Assembly: GCA_000934665.2 (NCBI GenBank)
Contig: KZ538038.1
Location: 124,001-172,533 of the forward strand
Source of the DNA: Catajapyx aquilonaris
Taxonomy: Eukaryota
Length of the DNA stretch: 48,533 nucleotides
Reading direction: 5' to 3'
Part shown: positions 37,727 through 46,647 of the stretch, piece after piece
How positions within the stretch are numbered: position 1 is the stretch's first letter
Layout of the letters: each line of letters begins with the position of its first letter
The notes under the pieces: model-generated
The model's database searches: none
What the model saw: the letters and a program-made list of their open reading frames with translations, nothing else
What the model was told of the DNA's origin: nothing
Position numbers and translations under genes: made by a program

Positions 37727-40700
37727 CTGGAAAGCAGAAAATAATTCGAAATTTACTTCCTAAACAACATGAAAAAAAAGGACATATCCATAAATCATAT
37801 GGCAATGTAACCAACATCACTAGAAGCTACAAAATCTTCAAATTCAGAGAAATTATAATGCACGATTATTCAAACCTGTCCCTATTCTTGATAAGTAAGT
37901 TGCGCTCGATCCCGTCCATCAGGTTCTCAAACCACTGCGCCATGGCTCCCTGCTTGTCAGGGGGTTGGCTCCGGATTATGGATTCTCTCAGCTGGCTAAA
38001 GTACTGCAAAGGAATACCAGAAATGAGGCACTGTCAACGCAAACAAATTTAATCCCACCAACTTAAATATATGTGCTAATTAAGGCGCTGGGCTTAAAGC
38101 CAATTTAATTGCAGAATGTAAACCACAGGTCCAAAACAGCAGCTGAGGAGTAATTCCACAATGCTGCAAACAGACAACAATTAAACAAGGATTTGGAGCT
38201 CAGGGAACATCACAATGAGCAACAAACACTCTGAACAATGTCAACAAAAAAGTAACAATTAACATCACTACCATCATTGTGTTTCATGAATAATACACGT
38301 TAGTAATTGCATCGCCATGCATGAGGTACAGCGATCGCAATATGCAACATTATCTTGGTTTCCGATTCCATGGTTCAATTCTGATGCACATGGTATGACT
38401 GGCTTTAAGAAATTACCTCTTCATTAAGAAGGATGAGTCCTAGGAGAGGCCTCGACATGGACCACTGATTCCTGCAGTCTTCAAACATAATGACGTTGAG
38501 CATGGTAGAGAGCATCTGCTGGAGGATCTCCGGATTCAGCTCCAGGACACGCAGGAAGGGGGTTTCCGAAGGGGTGCCTCCTCCTCCACCACGGCGGCTC
38601 TTCTTACCTGTGGGCAAGTAAGAAACTGTGCATTTTGCCATTCGCAAGGCCCAATGGTAGCGACAAGTAAGTACCTTTTTGAGTCAGTTGCCTGAACAGG
38701 TACGTCACTATGTGGTCCAACGTAGCACAGCAACCAGTACACACCATTGTATCTGCAGGATTAAAGAGGATGTGGAAGTGATAGGGGATGCATATGACAT
38801 TTGACAACATGATCAATGACATTAATCTTCTACAATATTGAGTGCAATGAAGCTTGGCTCACAAATAATTAGCGGGCCAAATATTCAGCCTCTCAATGCC
38901 TTGATATTACGCACTGAAAGAATATCTACGATGATTTACATGTGTGAAGGGAGACGAAATCTCCTTGGCAGATGTGCACACACCACTTTAGCAGCCTACA
39001 TCGCAGAACAATAATCCTCGCCACAATTGGCTAAGACACAAAGACAAGGGGCTGTTCAAACCTCGCCAGTAACAAGATTTAGCCTGCATCTCAATGACAT
39101 CAGACACAGTAAGCTAATAATACACAAGTACTCATGATTACAGCCCAGTTGCTACGAGATTAATAAAATTACTGAATAACTCCACAACCAGTTTGCATGC
39201 ATTGGCCAAACATACTTTCACTATTCATCGCCATATGGATTGTAAATGCATGAAAAATGAGCCAAGGTTCAGAGAATTAATACAAGTGGGCACAACAAAC
39301 AAAAAACAGAAAAGGACCCCCTGAGTTACCTCTCTGGACCCAGGCTAATCATCCCAGTCAGAGTGTGAAGCAGTGGATGAGGCGTCATTGGGCAGGAGGG
39401 GACAGCAAGCAAGCACCCAGAGATTGTGAAAACAAACACTCCATTTAAGGGATAACACAAACACAGGTAAAAAAATAAATATTAAGTAATAACGTAACAC
39501 AAAATAAAACTATAGGGCTGATCCCACAAAAACCAATCTACCAAACATTTCTATGACCTAGGTTTTCTTCCCACCCACGAAAAGGCCTGATGAATATTAT
39601 GCTTGCAGCAAATTCCATACTCCCAACCGTCACTAACAGCATGATCTATCTTCAATGACTCATGTTAATACTAGTGTAGAGTCAACTTCACACATGAACT
39701 AACAATATGAAAGTGCTCCACATTAGTGTTGTCCGATTGACACTGCACCGGCTACACTCGGTGTAGGGAGGTGACGTCACAGTGCAGCGAGTGTGACCCA
39801 GCACTGGGGCCTCGAATCGGACACCTCCAGTGCAACCCAAGATGGCCGACAGCAGGATTTCCACAGGATCGTGCACAGGATCGTGGGCACCTTGGCGGTT
39901 TGACCTTTTTTAGCTCTTTATAACGACGAGCAATTAATACTTGCACGCTAGGGGACACGGTGGTCTAGTGGCCAGTCCAGGGGCTACTGGCCAGCCAAGC
40001 GCAAGGTCCCAGGTTCAAATCACCCTCCATCCGCCGCCATCTTGCCAGCCCGTCTTCGCGCCTTACACCGCCTGCCCCACCTTCTCCACTGGTGCAGCGA
40101 GTGCAGCCCCCCGCTTGCACTGGTGCAGTTACACTGGCGAATCGGACACGCTGCTCCCGGTGAATCGGACGCTTTTTCCTGCACGAGTGTACACTGGCTA
40201 CACCAGTGCAATCAATCGGACAACACTATTGTGATCTGCTTCCAACTAATAACCTTCCAGAAAGCATTTTATTCTTCCCACATGGTTTGGCCTTCTGAAG
40301 TCTACATCGAGAGGTCAGCATGCCCAGTGTTTCCGCTCTACCTTCTTCGGACTGGTGTAGGAACACCCACAAAAACATCATAGAATTAGGATGACTGGAT
40401 ACTGGTTGTCAGTATTATGATTAGCACAGAACCTCCCTAGCAGAAACCCTAGTGAATTGAAACATCCATTTCTCTGGCATTCAGCAATCTCCTCATGAAT
40501 AGACCACCCCCACAGTTCCTATGGATTGCAAGAGACTTGCTAGTAGAAGTGTTTACTATTAGGAAGTAATTCAGGGGCTCGAGCAGTGCATCATGGTCAG
40601 AATAGTCACACCACTCACAAGAATAGAAGAGATGCCAGGTTCTGTATTTTAAACACAGCATCACTCACTGTGCAAGAACTCTCATTCAGCAAGCAAAGTC

Positions 40701-43700
40701 ACACTGCTCTGACGTCAAAAGCAGAAACCCTGCAAAAGTGTCATGTTTACCAACCTACAAACTGAACCCCCCCATTAGTTCCTGCACCATACGTATAAGC
40801 CAATTTATGTTTCTATCGGTTTCTGCAGCGCACTACCCTTCACTACAAGTACTACACCGGTGGAGTTGCTAGAGCCGATCCTTTTGACGCCAGTGCTTCA
40901 CAGAGTGGGGGCACACCTTTCCTACTCCCCTCCCCTGCAGAAATACCTGTGAACATATTGAGGTTCCCACCTAAAGCAGTGAGGCCTTCAGAGATGGAGG
41001 AGAGAATGTACAGGAAGACTGGAGGCTCCAGGGAGGCCAGGAAGTTCATGTGGTCCTGCGCCAGGCACTCCAGGAGCACGTAATATGTCTGGGACAGCTT
41101 GGGGTAGTCCTGAAACACACACAAAAAAAATCAGCCATGCCTCCAGATGTGACAGAAAATAGTCAAGCAAGATTTTTCTCAGTGTCAAACGTAACGAACA
41201 GGCAAAGACGGTTGACTTGTACGGAAAAGCGCATTTACAGCAGAAAATACCACCAACAACTCACCAGCAGATCTGACTGTGGCACAGAGAGCAGCATCTT
41301 GACAAAGGTGTTGAGGGCATTGTCAAGGGTGTCGTCTCCGTAAAGCCTGAAGACCCCAAAATTAACATAATTTCCACACAAGGCAGCCTTAAGCATGGAG
41401 AAGCATATAGAGATGCCCTTCAGCTTCAGGGGGTACATCTGCTCCTTACGAACTTCCACTGTCAACACACGGCTGCCTGCAAATCACAAATTGAGTCATT
41501 TTAAGCGAGCGCAAAATATTCAAGCAACTCGTGTGCTCTAAGAAATTCTACAATACAGATGTTCCATGTTATGCTGTGAAGCACCTAAAATACAGTGCGA
41601 TCCAAAATACTGGCTGGATTGCTATGGTTATTTGTTGTCACTAATCTGCTTATTGGAAACAGTGCATGGTTATTAATGGTTATTAAAAGTATTAGTTGCT
41701 ACTATTACGTTGCGTGTACTCATCCTTTTTAAAGACTGCACGGTGGCCTGGCAGTGCACAAAGTGGGTTCTCTCATTGGCGTGAGATGCCAATGGTTCCA
41801 ATGGGCCATTCCTAATCAAAAACACTTCAAACTTCAGAGTACGAATGGACAATTCAGTTCAGCTTAACATTAAGATCTAATACTTTCGATAACCACTGAA
41901 AGTAATTGCATAATAAACTCTTAAAAGCAGCATAGTGCCAACAAATAGCCACAGCAATCAAACAAGTGTTTTGGATCACCTTTGCAGGTTATACAGCATC
42001 CATGTGATACAAAGAGCACCTAGCTTAGATATAACAATGAAAATTGCCTATGACAAATCAAGGATGCAGAGGAAACCTGACCAAAGCAGCACACTTGTTT
42101 TGTCTCAGTGCAAGATTGTCTTATATACAGAGCCAAGAATTAATAAATAACCACTGACCATAGCTGCAAATGATCTTAGATGCCTCCCGGAAGAGCAGGA
42201 TTCCATTCGGGGAGGAGACATCGAACTGAAGCCTCTGCGACCTGTTCTGCACCAGCTCCGCAAACAGCTTGAGCACCGGGGTGGTTACATGGGGATCGTG
42301 GTACCATAACTCCACCGCTCGTAAGAGGACCGGGGTGTAGCTGGGGTAGCTACAGGCAGTCAAGGAACTTATCTCTTCCTACATGCTACAACCGAAAATC
42401 CACGTACACATCACGATGCCTAACAAGTGCACATTTATGTCTTCAACCTGTACCAGTAATTTGTTCTAAAAGGATACATCCAGTCGAAGAGCATCATGTA
42501 CGAGCTCTTGGTGTTAAAAGCAAAGGCAAGACCCCTAAGGTCCCTGGCCAGACCAATCAGTGCCTTCTTGGCCTCCTCATCAGGAAACATGGGTGTCTCC
42601 GAGTTGCTCAGCATCGCTCCAATTGACTCAAATGCAGCTGAAATACAAGCCATCCTTGCATAAGCGAGCCCTGCCATCCACACCCAACGAAAAATACGCT
42701 AGCAGTTATACAGCCCCATAGAAAATGGGTACAAGCTACTGTATTAACTCCGTAGAGTAAGCAAAGTTGGTAATTTACCGGTGAGTGGCATCATAAAATT
42801 CTCAAACTTCTCCTCGTCCTCTCCAAGCTCGACCATGAGAAGCCTGCCCAGAGAAGTGTAGAACATGGACCTGCACCTCATCTCAGTCACTGCCACATTG
42901 TTGCCCAGGAATGGGAAGTGTTCCCGCTGTCCGTGAAACAAAAAGACCAGCGATGCACTTCATGTCGAGACTGAATTAGAGAGCACTTGTCACCAACTCA
43001 CAGTGTGGTTGTTGAGCATAAACTGCACCTCCTCCAACTTGACTAGTTTTCTCACGCTGCTGTATCCGACAGAAAGGTCGTTGAGCAACTGCAGCGTCTT
43101 GGAGATGATCTGCTCACTTTGGCCCCAGTACTTTAGGTTTGTTATGCTGAAAATATATCAGGGAATATGTCCTTATTTCATATGGTTCATCGTGAAGTTA
43201 AGTATTTTTCTCATAGTGCATTTCTAAGCTTCAAATGTGCAAAAAAATGTCTCAACAAAATAATTACATCTTCCGGATGAAGACGCTGAGAACCATTGAC
43301 TCATCACTAAGCCCGAGAACTTCTGAGAGCCTGCGGTAGACTTTGGAGGTCTTCTGCACCTGGTCCCCAACGTATATCTTACGGAACTGCTCAAAGAAGC
43401 TCAGCATGGCCAGCTCCAGTTTTTCACAGCCACCTTGAGACAGCTGTGAATCTGTGAGGTTCATCAGCTGCAAAACCCTGCAGTGGAAAACACATGTAAG
43501 ACAGACGAAGGAAAGGAATCAACAATGACACAGCATGAATTAAATAAAGACCTGCACACAAGCTCGCCATCCATCGCATCATGCTCGTCATTACTATTGA
43601 AGGACACTCGCCCACCTATCACAGCGCCTATGATGTACACTAGCCATGTTAGCCGACCTGGAAGCAGATATTGACATGTTAACGTCAGGAGTTAATTAGG

Positions 43701-46647
43701 GCTAGTTGCACAATCAATGGTACATAAAGAACAAGTCGTCGTCACATGGAATAATTACTGGACCTCAGCTCCTGTTCAAAGGCCAACTTACCTTCCTGAA
43801 TGGTGAGGTCAACCTGCTGCCTGGCTGGTCTGCTGACCAGCTCTTGATAAGCCTGCGCGGCCTGGTTGAAAAGCTGCACCAGTAATGCGCAGGTCTTCTG
43901 GTACTCACACCTACCAATCACACTCAACTGCTCCAGCTGCTGTTGCACCATACCCAAATCGTCCAAGGGATCCTCCAAAGCCTCCCTGATGACAACTGCA
44001 ACTGACTCCAATCTAGAAGTCACGTAGGCGCGAGTAACCTCGGGTGTGTAAGTCTCTAGCATGTGCGGTTCGGTGGCCTTGACATAAGGCATGGAAGCCA
44101 CCATCCGCTGCCAGAGGCTAAGAAGGTAGTGCACACTGTTTGGCGCAAACTGCCACATCTGCAAGCTCTCCACCGTGAACTTTGCAATTAGCTGGATAGC
44201 CTCTGGGTAGTTCTCAACCATGACCAGTTCTCCTAGTTGGTAATTAGACTTCAAGCGAGCCAACAAGCGGCAGAATTCATGGTAGTTGTTTGGGTCCGAG
44301 AGCCCCTGCGGGTTCTGCAGGATGTGCTTAACTCCGTTCACCAACTGGGTCAGGAACTTTGCCCGTTCTGCATTGCTAAAGAGGGAGCGACGTACTGATG
44401 CTATCTGAATCAGGCATGACAATGACTGCAGGGAAGAAATAAACTCTCATTAGTTGCAATGTCCTGGAAAGCAAGTTTCAAAGTAAAAAAAAGCCAGTTA
44501 TGTCAGTATGAAAAAACCATTTCGCATCCTTAATACGTCTATGGCTTCATCAATGACGTAATGAACATGAAATCGCTTATTTACTCTGGTAAATTTTTTG
44601 ATTTCTCTTACCAGAGGTGAGAGGGAGCTCGGCAAGGAATGATAAAGGTCGAAGAAGAGCTGCAAGGTGTTGAAGTCCAGAAAGGCTGGCCGCCAGCTGG
44701 TGGGAATCTGCACTGTGCAGAGGTCGTCTGAGGACTCATCCGTTGAGGTCCCAATGAAGTCGAATGTCAGGCAATTATGAGCCAGGCGTAACAGGTGAGT
44801 CATCAAGCCATGCTGAAAAAGTAAATAAAAACCAGGGTGAGCTAACTTACAAGAGGAAGCTGTACAGGCATTATTACCTGTCCTTCATCATTGAAATTCA
44901 GTGTCTTGCAGTTCTCGAGTGCAGTCTTCAAAAGAGTGCAAGAAAGTCGGAAAATCTCAAACAGCTGGGTGTCCCTAAAGGACGATGCGATCTTCCGATG
45001 CTTGGTCAGTGACCTGTTAGCATCAACTTCTGAGATCTGGTTCATTTCACAAGTTAGCTGGGACAGAAGCTGGACACCTATCATGCAGTGCTCTACCGAA
45101 CCCTGGAACACAAAAATTTCATAGAAAAACCCGAATCAGTCAGTCATCACATGTGATGGGAGGAGAAAAAAAAAATTGTTGGCAAAAACCAGAAAGTTTG
45201 TACAAAAAGTCAAGTGTTTTCAGGCAGATATTTACATCCCTACCACACAAAAAAAACAACATCTAATTACTATTTATTGCATAAATTTAGCCTGAAATTT
45301 TTTATGACAAGCATTTCTTCCCATTAGGAAAAAAAAAAATCCTGTAAACATCACCAAATTTAAACAGAGGTGGCTTCCTCCAAATCTAGGCATACCAGTA
45401 CCCATCCAATTATGGTTAAAGCAAACTCTATGAAGTGCATGGACATAATTTACGTGCACGGTTTTCCACCTAGAGAGGAAGCTCATAGCTTACATAACAC
45501 TGCACAATTAATTGTGAAAGGGATGTATTGCATCACTGATCACAAGGAAGCAGGTATTTTAATCAGCTGAATGCAGCTACTTCAGGCTGGTTTTCTTCAT
45601 TTGTAGCTTATTAAATTACTTTATGCATATTTAAAAAGGAGTAAATATGGCCTGATAATGGCAGAAATGGTCACTAACTAATGCATAACAGCACATAACA
45701 GTTGAAAATGTTTCAACAAAACGACAAAGTAATTTTAAAATTCAGTTACTCATGTGATCTCATTTCAATTTATAACTTCTTCCGCTAGCTGCAATATTCA
45801 CACCAGCCCCCTGCAACTCATACGACACAGTAGTGTAATATAAAAGTCTCTGTCATGGCGGATCCCCACAGGGATCTTGTGGTCTGGGTGGACGCCTGAA
45901 CCAATCCGAACAATTCTTTCCACTGCAGCTGGGGTCCGGTCAGCCACCCGAACCACAAGATCCATGTGGGGCCATGCAAGTGCCAAATTCAAGGCCGCGG
46001 GAGACTTTCCTATTAAACAACCAGGGGGCTTCATCGCAAGAAAGCCCAACAACTGTAAAATCCCAATCATGAATAACTCACATGCAAGAATTTGGCAACG
46101 TCCCCAATGACGCTTCTGAACACAAAGTCCTCCTTCTCCGAGTCGAACCAACCCAGCTTCGTAATCCGGGCAAACAGGGACACCAACGCTTGGACAACAA
46201 ACGTCGCCAACTTGGGCCTGGTCGCCAAATAATTAAGAACATAATTTCCTGCAATGGGGAAAAAGTTAAAAGAGTTAAGTTAAGGAGGCAAGTACACAAT
46301 GCGATTAAGACTCACGTATATCAACCCTCTGCTGCAAGGTAAGGACTTGGGCGCTGCGTGAGACTAGCTTGGTTAAGGTGGTGGCAGCCAGTAGCTGAGC
46401 GTACGAAGAGTCGGCCCTCTCCAGGAGCAGCTGGCACTTGTTGAGCGAGTCCGGAGAGTTCTGGAAGTTGACAAGCGCCTTCTCCGCTTCCCCTCGCTGG
46501 CCAGGGTTGTCCGCCTCGTAAAGGTGCTTGCAGAGGATCTCTATCTGCCTCACCTCCTAGCCCCAACGTACACAAACGGTTCAGACAACGGGCCGGCTTA
46601 TTTAAAAAAAGAAAAAGGTGTGTTCCTCTCACCTGTTCGTCAGCCAT
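37627..46647 (-). CDS. XPO7: Exportin-7 (RanBP16/XPO7), complete, 18 coding exons, 3291 nt, 1096 aa
   Basis: Conserved XPO7 peptides: [99 protein letters not shown]. All 17 introns are GT-AG with consistent phases. Confidence 0.96.
37876..38003 (-). CDS. XPO7: XPO7 exon 17
   Basis: TTGCAG|TAC...[23 protein letters not shown]...KNRD. Confidence 0.93.
38417..38607 (-). CDS. XPO7: XPO7 exon 16
   Basis: CCACAG|GT...GAG|GTAATT; GKKSRR...ILLNEE. Confidence 0.9.
38675..38752 (-). CDS. XPO7: XPO7 exon 15
   Basis: CTGCAG|AT...[35 protein letters not shown]. Confidence 0.92.
39725..40227. mobile_element. 503-bp MITE in XPO7 intron 14, 16-bp perfect TIR, ATT TSD, PIF/Harbinger-like
   Basis: ATT|AGTGTTGTCCGATTGA...TCAATCGGACAACACT|ATT; internal AATCGGAC copies at ~39814, 40140, 40163; GC-rich relative to the rest of the intron. 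Confidence 0.85.
40971..41109 (-). CDS. XPO7: XPO7 exon 14
   Basis: TTTCAG|GAC...[19 protein letters not shown]...EGLTAL. Confidence 0.9.
41265..41476 (-). CDS. XPO7: XPO7 exon 13
   Basis: TTGCAG|GC...[18 protein letters not shown]...QSDLL. Confidence 0.93.
42159..42349 (-). CDS. XPO7: XPO7 exon 12
   Basis: TGTAG|C...[19 protein letters not shown]...KIICSY. Confidence 0.92.
42350..42477 (-). other. U12-type (minor spliceosome) GT-AG intron, XPO7 intron 11, 128 nt, phase 2
   Basis: 5' splice site GTATCCTTT; branch site TTCCTTGAC at 42359-42367 with the branch A 11 nt from the 3' end; no polypyrimidine tract; splicing restores FDWIYPSY. Confidence 0.93.
42478..42637 (-). CDS. XPO7: XPO7 exon 11
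   Basis: TTTCAG|CT...GAT|GTATCCTTT; AAFESIG...MLFDW. Confidence 0.92.
42779..42926 (-). CDS. XPO7: XPO7 exon 10
   Basis: GGACAG|CGG...[17 protein letters not shown]...MMPLT. Confidence 0.92.
43002..43146 (-). CDS. XPO7: XPO7 exon 9
   Basis: TTTCAG|C...[18 protein letters not shown]...FMLNNHT. Confidence 0.93.
43268..43477 (-). CDS. XPO7: XPO7 exon 8
   Basis: CTGCAG|G...[18 protein letters not shown]...VFIRK. Confidence 0.92.
43552..43657 (-). CDS. XPO7: XPO7 exon 7
   Basis: TTCCAG|GT...[29 protein letters not shown]...DGELVCR. Confidence 0.9.
43792..44425 (-). CDS. XPO7: XPO7 exon 6
   Basis: CTGCAG|TCA...AAG|GTAAGT; SLSCLIQ...LTIQE. Confidence 0.94.
44612..44812 (-). CDS. XPO7: XPO7 exon 5
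   Basis: TTTCAG|CAT...[17 protein letters not shown]...SLSPL. Confidence 0.93.
44878..45102 (-). CDS. XPO7: XPO7 exon 4
   Basis: TTCCAG|GGT...[20 protein letters not shown]...NFNDEGQ. Confidence 0.93.
45805..46030 (-). other. Structured RNA candidate: 226-nt nested, branched hairpin in XPO7 intron 3
   Basis: Four nested complementary blocks of 9, 8, 6 and 28 bp in a GC-rich island within an AT-rich intron; no TSD. Confidence 0.55.
46082..46248 (-). CDS. XPO7: XPO7 exon 3
   Basis: TTGCAG|GA...[23 protein letters not shown]...ITKLGWFD...KFLH (frame not in the ORF track). Confidence 0.93.
46316..46556 (-). CDS. XPO7: XPO7 exon 2
   Basis: CTAG|GAG...[24 protein letters not shown]...QQRVDI. 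Confidence 0.93.
46633..46647 (-). CDS. XPO7: XPO7 exon 1, coding part (MADEQ)
   Basis: AAAAATGG start context; donor CAG|GTGAGA. Confidence 0.85.

Noticed and set aside
39951..40030. Functional tRNA gene
   Set aside because: The T-stem and acceptor stem do not pair; reported only as a tRNA-derived relic
40570..40670. C/D snoRNA in XPO7 intron 14 (GTGATGC...CTGA...ATGATGC...CTGA on the minus strand)
   Set aside because: The C box is imperfect, there is no clear terminal stem and I recognised no rRNA/snRNA guide
41700..41830. H/ACA snoRNA in XPO7 intron 12 (hairpin CATTGGC/GCCAATG, AGAGAA, ACA)
   Set aside because: The first hairpin is only 21 nt and has no pseudouridylation pocket
44813..44877. 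In-frame consensus donor GTAAGT at 44850 within XPO7 intron 4
   Set aside because: It would leave a 38-nt intron, well below the 59-nt minimum seen in this window
45790..46081. Intronic RNase P or RNase MRP RNA as the identity of the intron 3 structure
   Set aside because: Lacks RNase P GGAAGGUCUGAG and AAUUCAGACU. The MRP GARAR loop and CR-IV/CR-V matches are poor, and the 5' domain would abut the splice donor. Needs cmscan to exclude fully.
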